Assembly (NCBI GenBank): GCA_041691135.1
Contig: JBEPVF010000008.1
Span: 921-64,920 of the forward strand
Direction of reading: 5' to 3'
Source: Candidatus Peribacteria bacterium
GTDB lineage: Bacteria; Patescibacteriota; Gracilibacteria; Peribacterales; Peribacteraceae
DNA length: 64,000 nt
The position numbers were made by a program, and so were the translations under genes. Shown here in pieces: positions 16,402-25,709 of the stretch. How positions within the stretch are numbered: the stretch's first letter is position 1; the number at the start of each line of letters is the position of its first letter. The notes beneath the pieces were generated by a model that was not told where the DNA came from, made no database searches, and saw only the letters and a program-made list of their open reading frames with translations.

Positions 16402-16475
16402 GGATGCGTAGCTCAGTTGGACAGAGCGTCTCCCTGCTAAGGAGAAGGTCGAAGGTTCAAATCCTTTCGCATATC
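16402..16475 (+). tRNA. tRNA-like gene, class-I cloverleaf, anticodon loop CUGCUAA (anticodon GCU), irregular acceptor stem
   Basis: D arm gctc-agttggaca-gagc, anticodon arm tctcc-ctgctaa-ggaga, 5-nt variable loop, T arm gaagg-ttcaaat-ccttt. Acceptor ggatgcg/cgcatat has a G2:A71 mismatch, equivalent to a 2-nt 'at' insertion in cgcat[at]cca. Confidence 0.55.
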
Positions 16476-16843
16476 CAGGAATTATCGCTCCAAAAAAGCG
16501 GTGATACCATGCGTGAGCAGCACCCGTAGAGGAAGGAGAAGTAAGATGCTTGTATTCCTGGTTTTTGGCTCATCAAAGAAAGTTTTATAAAATATAAAAG
16601 TTCTTTTGTCAATTACTCATATATTTGTCTATTATAAGCCAAAATCTAAAGAAGTCTACGAACGAGACACCCCCTATTGTACTGTCTCATTTGTCTCATT
16701 TGACCGACAGACCCGTTGGCTTCGGGATACTTAAAATGACCCCCTCAAAAACCTTGTCTGGGACTCAAGTATTTTGTTGTCAGACCCCGTCGTTCTGCCA
16801 AAAAATCACCTTTGCCTACTGCGTGGTCAAGAACATGCAAAGC

Positions 16844-17077
16844 CTAGCTAGTGGGCGCTTCGTCAAACATCTTCTGAAAGTTCTGTTGCCATGTGGCATG
16901 GGTCTCGGGAGATGAGGCCGTTTTTGCCATCATGTCGTAAGTCGCCTTATGAGCCGGATCATTGGGTGCCAATGCACTGATATGTTTCTCGGCAGCTTTG
17001 GCAATGTCGCCCGACGTATTGCCCTCGAAGACCTCATCGCAGGGGCCGCCCATTTGCTTGCACGTGATTCGCTTCAT
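16844..17077 (-). CDS. DUF1059-like small protein
   Basis: MKRITCKQMGGPCDEVFEGNTSGDIAKAAEKH... matches the DUF1059 pattern (MK..C...G..C....G.T). Confidence 0.6.
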   Translation of the reverse strand: MKRITCKQMGGPCDEVFEGNTSGDIAKAAEKHISALAPNDPAHKATYDMMAKTASSPETHATWQQNFQKMFDEAPTS

Positions 17078-17257
17078 AGTAAATAACAAGACGTGTCATT
17101 CATATCATTCTTACTTACGACAGTTGCGATGTTTTCAAGAATTTGTACTAATCCACCATCGCCTCTCTCACACCTGTTGGAGAAAGTCTTCGGGCTGCCA
17201 ATTTCACCCAAACTTCGGCATGTGAGTCTTCCTGAGGTTTTTTTCATGGTAAAAAAT

Positions 17258-17698
17258 TTATGAGAGGAACTTTTCCAGTCGAACCAGACAGCCTTGCCAT
17301 CCTTCTTCGTGGCTCTTGGCCGATTTCTCCGTCAGGAACTTCTCATGGATCAGCACCAGATCGGTACCGCCGTTTTTCGATGACAGTTCAATGGTCACCA
17401 GGGATTGCTCGTTTTTCGCTCCCATCTGAGATTTTTCCCACTCCCATGAAAAGACAATTTTCTCATTTTCCACAATCTCGATGTATTCACCGATGACGAT
17501 ATTATCCGAGCCATCCGGCCCCTTCATGTTTATTCTGTACTTTCCTCCGGGGCGAAAGTCGAGTGTATCGACAATGGTCGTCATCTGATCCGATGGTGCG
17601 AGCCACTGTGTCATAGCTTCTTTGTCAGTCCAAGCGTGGAACACTTCTGCAGGAGAAGCATCGTAGTGATAGGGAAGACGAACGGTGGGCACAGACAT
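17258..17698 (-). CDS. SRPBCC / AHSA1-like domain protein
   Basis: 146 aa. ...ASPAEVFHAWTDKEAMTQWL...GGKYRINM... is typical of Aha1-like SRPBCC proteins. Lies downstream of an ArsR gene, a common pairing. Confidence 0.7.
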   Translation of the reverse strand: MSVPTVRLPYHYDASPAEVFHAWTDKEAMTQWLAPSDQMTTIVDTLDFRPGGKYRINMKGPDGSDNIVIGEYIEIVENEKIVFSWEWEKSQMGAKNEQSLVTIELSSKNGGTDLVLIHEKFLTEKSAKSHEEGWQGCLVRLEKFLS

Positions 17699-17716
17699 AC
17701 AAAAAAAGGTAAGGAA

Positions 17717-18085
17717 TTAAGGTCGACGGGCACGAAGATAGCGATCGAGAGAATGCAGCTGTTCCTGCCAGAAGCGCGTGTAGGTTTGTATCCACTCCTC
17801 GGCCTCCTCCAGTGGTTTCAGATTAATGGAAAAGTAATAGTATCGCTGAACCTTCTCGCGTTGAATCAATTGTGCATCTTCCAGTACTTTCAGGTGTTTC
17901 GATATCGCGGGCATCGAGACGCCGAGCGGCTTGGCCAATTCTCCAATAGGCTGACGCTTTTTAGCGATGCGTTCGAGCAATTTCCGACGTACGGGACTCT
18001 CCAGAGCTCGGAAGACCAACCCAATGCGATCATTATTAACCATATGGTTAAGTATTTCAGAGACAATATTCTCAGTCAATAGCAA
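17717..18085 (-). CDS. ArsR/SmtB family transcriptional regulator
   Basis: 122 aa. ALESPVRRKLLERIAKKRQPIGELAKPLGVSMPAISKHLKVLEDAQLI. Confidence 0.8.
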   Translation of the reverse strand: MLLTENIVSEILNHMVNNDRIGLVFRALESPVRRKLLERIAKKRQPIGELAKPLGVSMPAISKHLKVLEDAQLIQREKVQRYYYFSINLKPLEEAEEWIQTYTRFWQEQLHSLDRYLRARRP

Positions 18086-18091
18086 ATACTG

Positions 18092-18460
18092 TTAATGCGC
18101 CCCTCCATCCAGCACGCTCAAATCGTTTGCAGCCGAATAAATGACGAGCAGAATCAGCACAGTGGCAATACTGGTAATTGCCAGTGTCCACATTCTGTTT
18201 AACCGGCTGATTTTCCGGCTGATGAACCGGTCGATTTGTATCTGAATCAAGACGACGAGGAAGACGGCAGAAGTAAAAAAGAGGATGTCGATCGAGATGT
18301 TATCGGTGTTCCGCCGGGCGTACTCCAGCAGTCCCATCACCACGAGCCATCTCATCACGTCGAACCAGAAGGTGAGGAAGTCTTCCGTCACGTACAACAT
18401 CTCTCCCTCTGTCATTTGCCTGTGCGCTGCGAGTCGCTTTCTGGTCCTGTTGGCAACCAT
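18092..18460 (-). CDS. hypothetical membrane protein
   Basis: 122 aa with about three hydrophobic segments. No recognisable motif. Confidence 0.45.
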   Translation of the reverse strand: MVANRTRKRLAAHRQMTEGEMLYVTEDFLTFWFDVMRWLVVMGLLEYARRNTDNISIDILFFTSAVFLVVLIQIQIDRFISRKISRLNRMWTLAITSIATVLILLVIYSAANDLSVLDGGAH

Positions 18461-18776
18461 GCATCGTATGGTAGCAATGAACGTGGTGCGTCGCTATGAG
18501 CGATCTGCATCACAAGACTTTCTGCCCCTTGATCACTCTGACGAGCACGATGATGACGGCCAATACGAACAGAATGTGAATGAATCCTCCCAACGTATAG
18601 GAACTCACGATTCCCAATAGCCACAGTACAAAAAGAATGATTGCGATCGTCCAGAGCATGAAGCGAGAGGGGAATGAAGGTTCAGCGTAGCGGAAATTTG
18701 CTCACAGGAGAAACTTCGGGTCGATGGTCTTCCTAAAACTTCTCACGCCTGTGGAAAAAGTATAGACTGCCGGTCT

Positions 18777-19217
18777 ATGCAAAAAGCCTACCTCTGTCCG
18801 TATCTGATGTTCGATGGCACCTGTGAACAAGCGATGAATTTTTACCAGTCCTGCATGGGCGGCACGCTCAAAATGCAGCGGTACGGCGAGACGCCGATGC
18901 CGTGTTCCGACAGTCAGAAAGACAAAATTATGCACGCGTCGCTCGAAAACGATTCGCTGTCGTTCATGGCGGCCGATGGTCAGGAGAATCGCAAGACCGT
19001 CCAAGGAGACAATGTCCATCTGTCCGTTGCCGGTACCGATGAAGCGCGACTCAAGGAAATGTTTCTCAGGCTCAGTGCCGGAGGGGCGGTGACGATGGCC
19101 TTAGAAAAGCAGTTCTGGGGTGATACGTTCGGCATGCTCACCGACAAATTCGGCATCCACTGGATGTTCAATATTGCTGGCGCCAAGAGCCATCAGCAGG
19201 AGCAAAGCGAGAAATAA
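18777..19217 (+). CDS. VOC/glyoxalase-superfamily protein (PhnB/YjdN-like)
   Basis: 146 aa. PYLMFDGTCEQAMNFYQSCMGG...HASL...FWGDTFGMLTDKFGIHWMFN. Confidence 0.7.
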   Translation: MQKAYLCPYLMFDGTCEQAMNFYQSCMGGTLKMQRYGETPMPCSDSQKDKIMHASLENDSLSFMAADGQENRKTVQGDNVHLSVAGTDEARLKEMFLRLSAGGAVTMALEKQFWGDTFGMLTDKFGIHWMFNIAGAKSHQQEQSEK

Positions 19218-19349
19218 CGGGTATTTCTTTTCCCTAACGGCAGCCACTTTTATGGAAAACAGACGCTCGCCATTGTGCGCCGTTGCCGGGCAGGGGTAGC
19301 ATCCTCTTTACACTTGGATGTTCTATTTTTGACGCCTTGCATACTCCGT

Positions 19350-19907
19350 ATGTCCACCATGTATTCAGAAGAGGCCGAGTCGATCGCCGCTGCTACCCAG
19401 CGCATGGCGGAGGAAGCCGGGCAGCGTCTGATCAAAGAAAAAATGCGTCCGACTGCGCTGATCCAAATGGCCTCGTCGCACCGTACAAAGACTGTGCCGG
19501 ATGACGGGCAGGCCGGACCCATCCCGTCTCCCTTTTTGATGGAACAGTACGATCGACTTTTGCCCGGCTCGGCGGAGCGGATTTTGTATCTGATCGAAAA
19601 AGAGCAGGGACACCGACACCACCAGGAACAGATGAATATGGAATCGAGTGCGCAAGATGCGCGAATTTCCCTCATCTTCGCCTACGGATTCATCATGTGC
19701 ATTGTCAGTCTGTGTTTGGGCGGCGGACTGTCGCTGATGGGGAGAGAGCTGGCCGGAGGATTGATCGGCGGCGGGGGATTTATCTGTTTTGCCATGATCT
19801 TCGGCATCATCGCCCTGCAATACAAAGGAGTGTGGCGCAAACCTACGCCGCTTCACCATGCACCGGACTCGCACCGTTTGTCCGAAGACGTGACCGACGA
19901 GCAGTAA
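19350..19907 (+). CDS. DUF2335-like membrane protein
   Basis: From the ATG at 19350. PSPFLMEQYDRLLPGSAERILYLIEKEQGHRHH, followed by two TM segments. Confidence 0.6.
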   Translation: MSTMYSEEAESIAAATQRMAEEAGQRLIKEKMRPTALIQMASSHRTKTVPDDGQAGPIPSPFLMEQYDRLLPGSAERILYLIEKEQGHRHHQEQMNMESSAQDARISLIFAYGFIMCIVSLCLGGGLSLMGRELAGGLIGGGGFICFAMIFGIIALQYKGVWRKPTPLHHAPDSHRLSEDVTDEQ

Positions 19908-19989
19908 TCAGCGGTCAGCCTTTTCTATTGTGATTGAGCAAAAGGCCGTCCCCCCGACGGCCTTTCCGCTCTGTTCCTTCTCTTATTTC

Positions 19990-20538
19990 CTACTGAGCCG
20001 ATGATGTGGAGCTGGATGTCTGCTTCTGCGGGCCCTTTCCGTTCCACATGCCACCACCTCTGCCATGCATTGGCCCGGTCATTTTGCCGCCGGCAAATCC
20101 TTTGATGTCGCCCATCATGCTTTCGCGCATACCCATGGCGGCACCACACGCGGCACGAACGGCATCCGTGGCGGTCTTGATCTGCGTGGACTGTGTAACC
20201 ATGGCGGCCTTCATTGCCGTTTGCAGCGCGTCATTCGCATTCTTCACAGCAGTCTGACGCTGTGTGTCGTCGGCGATGAGTGCGGCAGCCTTGAGGGCAA
20301 TGCTGTGCGCCTGCTTCGCTGCCTTTTGGGCGGCGTTCATAGTGTCGGCATTGGCGACGAAGGCATCATCGAGGCCGGCTTCGGCAGTCACGCATGCCTG
20401 TGAAGGGATGGGACGTTGTCGGGCGGCTTTGGTGGCCGCGGAACTGCTGGATGCCGCGCTCGAAACCTGTGCCAGAATCGGAACAGCCAGTGCGAGCGAC
20501 GACATACCGGCTACGACACCGAGAGTGAATTTCTTCAT
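19990..20538 (-). CDS. secreted hypothetical protein (Ala-rich, helical)
   Basis: From the ATG at 20538. Signal-like MKKFTLGVVAGMSSLALAVPILA; Gly/Met-rich C-terminus. Confidence 0.5.
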   Translation of the reverse strand: MKKFTLGVVAGMSSLALAVPILAQVSSAASSSSAATKAARQRPIPSQACVTAEAGLDDAFVANADTMNAAQKAAKQAHSIALKAAALIADDTQRQTAVKNANDALQTAMKAAMVTQSTQIKTATDAVRAACGAAMGMRESMMGDIKGFAGGKMTGPMHGRGGGMWNGKGPQKQTSSSTSSAQ

Positions 20539-20727
20539 AGAAGAAGATGGGTAAGAGATAAATCTTTTAGAACTGTCCTCAGTATAGAAGGGCATGTTTA
20601 AGAGGAGCTTAAGAGAGTGGGGAATGGTTTATTTGACAAATATGGTAATAATCCTCCATTGTCATATGCAGTACGGCTATGGCCGTCTTGCGTCAGTGTG
20701 TACCGATCTTTCAGTTTGGAGGGATTC

Positions 20728-21087
20728 ATGCCGGAATCACTTGAGCATTTCGAGATCGGGCGTGTCGAAGATGTGACGATTGTCACTTTCAAAGGCTCCA
20801 GTATCGTCGAGGAGGAACTTGTTCAGGAGGTTAGGGGCGAACTCCTTCGCCTGGTCGATGAGGAAAGGCCGACCAAAATGATTCTCCACTTCGGAAACGT
20901 GCGGTACTTTTCGAGTCCGGCCCTGAGCATGTTCATTGCCCTCAAAGGGAAGATGGGCAAAATCAAGGGCCAGATCAAATTCTGCGCCGTTAGTCCCGGC
21001 CTCTCCGAGGTCTTTCGGATCACGCGTCTGGACCAGCTTTTTGAATTCTCCGATACCGAGCAGGCAGCTCTCGATGCGTTCGAGTAG
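20728..21087 (+). CDS. STAS-domain protein (anti-sigma-factor antagonist-like)
   Basis: 119 aa. ...TIVTFKGSSIVEEELVQEVRGELLRLV...ILHFGNVRYFSSPALSMFIAL...FCAVSPGLSEVFRITRLDQLF. Confidence 0.7.
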   Translation: MPESLEHFEIGRVEDVTIVTFKGSSIVEEELVQEVRGELLRLVDEERPTKMILHFGNVRYFSSPALSMFIALKGKMGKIKGQIKFCAVSPGLSEVFRITRLDQLFEFSDTEQAALDAFE

Positions 21088-21166
21088 GTCTGTGATCGGC
21101 AACAGCACACTGACGATCAGTCCCGTCGCTCCAAGCGCCGGGACTGGCGTCTTTTTTCACTGTCAC

Positions 21167-22864
21167 TTATTGGTCATTAATGACCGTATTGCCCGATTCC
21201 GTTATCTCCTCCGTCGGGACATTTGCATCTTTTCCGAAGTACCCCCTGATGGGATTGTAGAAAGTATTCCCTGTGACCTTGATGTTGTGATCGAATCCGA
21301 GACGGTTTTCTATATAGATACCGTACAGACCTCCATGAACCGTATTGTTCGATATAATCGCTCCCGATTCATCGCCCACTTTTATGGCGTAGTAACCGGT
21401 TCCGGTGAGCGTGACATTGTTATTCGAGAAGATCATCGAGGAATTGCGTTGAATACCGACGGAGGCGGCGGGGGCGATGATGGTGTTTCCCGTGACCGTC
21501 ATTCTCTTGGAGACAAGCGTGTTCACAGTGCCGTTCGACGACAAACCCAGGCCGCAGCCATTGTCTACGATGGTATTTCCGGAGATCAAAATGTCGGTGA
21601 TAATGGAATCGTTGTGGCTCGGCTCGACGTCAAAACACAATCGATTGTGCGTTACGAGATTATTGATAAAACTGATGCGCTGTCCCAAACTCATGGATAT
21701 GCCGTGGCGTTCGTTGAAAGCGGTGTAGTTATCCCTCACGACGATATCGTGAGGCAGATCTGCGAGAGTCCCGCTGACATAGATGCCATCTCCCCAGTAA
21801 CCGGGCAGTCCCGCAATGTCCGGCATGTTGATAGCTCTCACGCCCTGTACAAGAATATTTGACGCCCCCGACGTGATGGCAATGCCGTGACGTCCTGCAG
21901 TCGGTGCATCCTGCTTGTCGCCGTCGAGCGTACCGGGACCTTCGATTACGACATCAGTGACGCCCGATACGCCGATCATGGCGCTTGTCAGGACTGTCGG
22001 CCCGGCAAGCAGAGTCGCTCCGGATTCTAGTGTCAGTCGTTGGTGGCTGTTCACGTTTAATTTGTCTCCCACTAAATAGGTGCCGGGCGGAATGACCACA
22101 ATGTTATGCGTATCCAATGCCGTCTGAATCGCCGCCCGATCATCGGTCACGCCGTCGCCGACTGCACCGGTGTCTCGGACGCTCAATGGAATTGTTTCCG
22201 TACATTCAAGCGTGCATATATTGCCCGCCGTTCCATTCAGCGAACCGTTATCACATTCCTCCGGACTCGCCTTCCAGCTATCTCCGCAAACCGGCGTGGG
22301 CTTAGTCGAGATCATGGCGTCACTGTTCATCACGAGGATGTAAAAAGAAGACGGTTCCAGGTACATACTGCCGGACGATGTATCGGTGGAGGAGAAATGT
22401 ATGCCCTTGCTCTGTTCAAACGCCGCAAGGCCGTCGCCATGGGCGTGATCCTGATTCCTTGCTGCGGGTGAGGCGAAGAACTTGTGGGGGAAGCGCTGAT
22501 GAAAATCAGGGTTATTCCGGTTCGCTCGCTCCGTCGCTGCTGTGGCAGTGGTGTATTCGTAACCGAAATAATTGATATTCGGTCCCAAGGCAACATCCAA
22601 AGGCATGGCCGTAAAATTCGACGGGGTGTAGACCAGATAGATATTGTCCGCCGACAGCGGTTGTGTGGCACTCTCGGTGAACGTGACGGTGGTCACATCC
22701 AGATTGCCGCTCTGTCCCACTTTTGTAACAGAGCCGGTGAGAGGGAGAAGCGGGGAATTCTTCGACTGAAACGCATTGCTCATAGCACCGATCAGCAGAA
22801 CGACCAGCGTACCTGAGGCCAGAGCGATCAACCCGGTTCTATGCTTCACTGCAGTTTTGAACAT
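21167..22864 (-). CDS. secreted right-handed beta-helix (pectate-lyase-fold) protein
   Basis: 565 aa with a signal anchor. VRDTGAVGDGVTDDRAAIQTALD, then repeated NN.V / GN.I beta-helix rungs. Confidence 0.65.
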   Translation of the reverse strand: MFKTAVKHRTGLIALASGTLVVLLIGAMSNAFQSKNSPLLPLTGSVTKVGQSGNLDVTTVTFTESATQPLSADNIYLVYTPSNFTAMPLDVALGPNINYFGYEYTTATAATERANRNNPDFHQRFPHKFFASPAARNQDHAHGDGLAAFEQSKGIHFSSTDTSSGSMYLEPSSFYILVMNSDAMISTKPTPVCGDSWKASPEECDNGSLNGTAGNICTLECTETIPLSVRDTGAVGDGVTDDRAAIQTALDTHNIVVIPPGTYLVGDKLNVNSHQRLTLESGATLLAGPTVLTSAMIGVSGVTDVVIEGPGTLDGDKQDAPTAGRHGIAITSGASNILVQGVRAINMPDIAGLPGYWGDGIYVSGTLADLPHDIVVRDNYTAFNERHGISMSLGQRISFINNLVTHNRLCFDVEPSHNDSIITDILISGNTIVDNGCGLGLSSNGTVNTLVSKRMTVTGNTIIAPAASVGIQRNSSMIFSNNNVTLTGTGYYAIKVGDESGAIISNNTVHGGLYGIYIENRLGFDHNIKVTGNTFYNPIRGYFGKDANVPTEEITESGNTVINDQ

Positions 22865-23106
22865 TAGATATGGGTGTTAATCTGAATAGTATACCATAAA
22901 ACATGAAAAGTGACTATGTTTCCCCATGCTCTAAAGAGGCATAAAAGCATCGTTTGAAGCTCATAAGCCACTTTCCTGGATGACGGCAGGGCCGTGCAGA
23001 CATGGTGCGCCGTTGAGGGCATGCTATCGCCGGGACATGGCGTTTGATTCGCCACGGCGTCGCACTCTTTTCTCTCTTTCTGCCGGCGTGAGTTGTGTAC
23101 GAGCGG

Positions 23107-23376
23107 TTACGCCTGCTTCCATCGTCCTAAATTGGGGATAACGCTGCGGGCCAATTCTTCGGCCCGTTCCTCGGTCATCTTCAAGTCGGTGGTCATGTTC
23201 TTTACCGACAGGTTGATCATCTCTTCCAGCGTCAAATTCGGTTGGATGAACGCGCCGTCTTTGTAGCAAAAAACACAGAATTCCTTCATCGGCGATCCAT
23301 CGGCATTGGTGCCGTAATTTGCAAATTCATCACTCAGAGGCATGCCGCAGCTTTGACACCGGACTTTCTGTTCCAT
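23107..23376 (-). CDS. zinc-ribbon domain protein
   Basis: 89 aa. CQSCGMPL...FCVFCY. Confidence 0.6.
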   Translation of the reverse strand: MEQKVRCQSCGMPLSDEFANYGTNADGSPMKEFCVFCYKDGAFIQPNLTLEEMINLSVKNMTTDLKMTEERAEELARSVIPNLGRWKQA

Positions 23377-23505
23377 AGGTGGCTATGGTAAACATTTTTC
23401 CCATTCAGAACAATCGTTGCCCAGACAATACCGAGGTTCTCTGTAAGAACAGCAAGAGCGACGCGTCGTGGAATAAGGTTTCTTTATTTCTTTCCTACCT
23501 TCTGT

Positions 23506-23682
23506 ATGTGGCAACAATGGGTCAACGGCATCCTCGGTCTGTGGGTTATCGCTATGCCCTTCATCCTGGGAATCACCGATAGCGCCACCATGTGGACGAT
23601 TGCCATCACCGGCGTCGTCGTCGCGGCATTGGGCTTCTGGGGTGCGGGTGAGCATTCCAGCGCTATGACGCATCATGCATAA
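23506..23682 (+). CDS. small two-helix membrane protein (SPW-repeat-like)
   Basis: 58-aa ORF, below the ORF-track cutoff, found by hand translation: MWQQWVNGILGLWVIAMPFILGITDSATMWTIAITGVVVAALGFWGAGEHSSAMTHHA. Followed by a strong terminator. Confidence 0.4.
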   Translation: MWQQWVNGILGLWVIAMPFILGITDSATMWTIAITGVVVAALGFWGAGEHSSAMTHHA

Positions 23683-23703
23683 TACATGCCTGATGTGAGG
23701 ACG

Positions 23704-23731
23704 AAAAAAGGCGCCTTCTGGCGCCTTTTTT
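23704..23731. terminator. bidirectional rho-independent terminator
   Basis: aaaaaa-ggcgcc-ttct-ggcgcc-tttttt, between convergent ORFs. Confidence 0.75.
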
Positions 23732-23747
23732 CTGATGTCAGTTCCGT

Positions 23748-24083
23748 TTATTTCTTCATCATCGGAGGCATCATCTTTTTATCGCCACAGTCGCAGTTCT
23801 CTTTGCCGCAGGCGCATGCACCGCCGCATCCGCAACCCGTTCCGCATGATTTCCTGCTGCAGGGGCACAGGCCCTTGGTGGTCTTATGCCAGGCCAAGAG
23901 AGATGCTACGAGCGCGATGATCGCGAAGGAACAGTCGCTGGTGCCGAAGACGAAGCCAGCGGGCGTGTAGTGTGTCTGGTACACACCTGCCAAGGCAGCG
24001 AGGGCGAGGATAAAGAACACCAGAGCGACGAGAATCTTGATCGTTTTACAGACTGCGCACATACCGGAACCGGAATGACACAT
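23748..24083 (-). CDS. Cys-rich membrane protein
   Basis: 111 aa with two TM segments. C-terminus CPCSRKSCGTGCGCGGACACGKENCDCG. Confidence 0.5.
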   Translation of the reverse strand: MCHSGSGMCAVCKTIKILVALVFFILALAALAGVYQTHYTPAGFVFGTSDCSFAIIALVASLLAWHKTTKGLCPCSRKSCGTGCGCGGACACGKENCDCGDKKMMPPMMKK

Positions 24084-24178
24084 AGAAGAAGAGGGGAAGG
24101 ATGGAATGACTCTCAGTATACTCGTTCTTTGACGATGCGAAACAATTCGTCTTGTGGGTGGTGGTATGATGCTCCTTA

Positions 24179-24556
24179 ATGCGCAAAAGAGTTCTTCTTC
24201 TCCTGTGTGTCACCCTCCTGGCGGGATGCGATTCCACTGGGACCGACATGTATGACCGTTCGGGCACCCGCACCGGTCGGGTGACGGTTGCTTCGGCTGA
24301 TTCGGCCACCGTCTACAATCGTGACGGGACGCAGGTGGGATCTGTTTCCACGGACACGGTGTACGATCGTAATGGCATACGGAAGGGTAGAGTGGCGAGC
24401 GATGCGACGGTGTATGACCGCAATGGGACGCGGGTCGGTTCGCTCAGCAGCGGGACCGTGTGTTTGAACCGGAACGGATTGAACGAAGGGCACTTGAGCG
24501 CGAAGGTCGACCGCGAGGCGGCGGGTGGGGCGTGCTTGCTGCTTATTTTGCAGTAA
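24179..24556 (+). CDS. lipoprotein with tandem VYDRNG-type repeats
   Basis: Lipobox LLAGC. Repeats MYDRSGTRTGRV / VYNRDGTQVGSV / VYDRNGIRKGRV / VYDRNGTRVGSL. Confidence 0.6.
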   Translation: MRKRVLLLLCVTLLAGCDSTGTDMYDRSGTRTGRVTVASADSATVYNRDGTQVGSVSTDTVYDRNGIRKGRVASDATVYDRNGTRVGSLSSGTVCLNRNGLNEGHLSAKVDREAAGGACLLLILQ

Positions 24557-24705
24557 CCATGATTCAAAGATGAAGGGCCGGTGTTTGGTGGTGATATCAG
24601 AGATGGATCGGCATTTCGTGCATCATGTTTTTACATGTAGGCGTTAAAAATGATTTTGCAGTCATATCTCTGCTGGCATGATGCAGGCCTTCCTATTCTT
24701 GGAAC

Positions 24706-25704
24706 GTGCGTACGTCATTTCGACAGACACTCCTGTCGGCTGCTTTGCTTCTCAGCGTCATCGCCTGTGCCTTTTTTGCCCTTCTCCTGCTGTCGCATGC
24801 GGGCCGTTCAGCTTCCTCCTTTGATTGGTATATGGCCGAACGTGATCGGCTGGTGAATTTGGTCAAAAATGCAACGCCGACAGAGGCGCTTGGTGCGTTA
24901 CGGCAGGATATGGAACGTGATTCACGTGTGTTCCGGCAGTGTCACGCCTTGGCGCATGAGGTCGGCCGGGCGGCGTACGGCAAACTGAAATCCTTCTCGG
25001 GTGCCGTTCTCTATCAGGATGACATCTGTGGTTCGGGGTATCTGCATGGCATCATCGAGACGTATTTTACGCAGTTGAGTGACATTCGTACGACGATGAA
25101 GACCTTGTGCGCACCACTCAATGGCAAATGTTTCCATGGTGTGGGGCACGGTCTGATGTATGCCAGTCAGAACGATCTGCCCGGTTCGATAACGCTCTGC
25201 AATACGTACAAGCTGTCGTCGCAAAAAGTGCAGTGTGCCGAAGGGGTATTCATGGAAAATTTCGGTGCCGATGCAGTGGATCATCCGTCGGCGTATCTGC
25301 GGCCGGATGATATGTTTTTCCCCTGTCGTACCCAGCATGATCCGTTCACAGCTGTCTGTTATTTCTATGCGCCGCGTTACTTCATCAGCATTCACCCCGA
25401 TGCCTTCGATGACGCATTTACCACCTGCGAAAAGGTCGACAAGCAATACAGGTTTGCCTGCGTCAAAGGTGTGGGAAGTACGGCGATGAAGTACACCATG
25501 CAGGATCCTGCTTCTGTCGAGCAACTCTGTATGCGACATGGGCCCGTGCTCGAGACACCTTGCATCGAGGGCATGGTGAGTTACTACATGGTGAACTTCG
25601 CTTCGACGCAAAAAGCGCTGACACTGTGCAATCAACTCTCGGCCGCACATCAGCTGCTATGCCGGGCGGTGGTGCGCGACAGTCGCGATTTTTTCACTGA
25701 CTGA
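24706..25704 (+). CDS. hypothetical membrane-anchored Cys-rich protein
   Basis: 332 aa, GTG start, N-terminal TM segment. Recurrent C..(A/G)HG motifs: CHALAHEVG, CGSGYLHG, CFHGVGHG. Confidence 0.5.
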   Translation: MRTSFRQTLLSAALLLSVIACAFFALLLLSHAGRSASSFDWYMAERDRLVNLVKNATPTEALGALRQDMERDSRVFRQCHALAHEVGRAAYGKLKSFSGAVLYQDDICGSGYLHGIIETYFTQLSDIRTTMKTLCAPLNGKCFHGVGHGLMYASQNDLPGSITLCNTYKLSSQKVQCAEGVFMENFGADAVDHPSAYLRPDDMFFPCRTQHDPFTAVCYFYAPRYFISIHPDAFDDAFTTCEKVDKQYRFACVKGVGSTAMKYTMQDPASVEQLCMRHGPVLETPCIEGMVSYYMVNFASTQKALTLCNQLSAAHQLLCRAVVRDSRDFFTD

Positions 25705-25709
25705 TCGGC

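Noticed and set aside
16320-16529. 69-aa ORF covering the tRNA-like gene.
   Set aside because: The region folds as a tRNA cloverleaf, so the ORF is incidental.
20936-21862. 308-aa + strand ORF overlapping the STAS gene end and the beta-helix gene.
   Set aside because: It is out of frame or antisense to two better-supported genes and has low-complexity composition.
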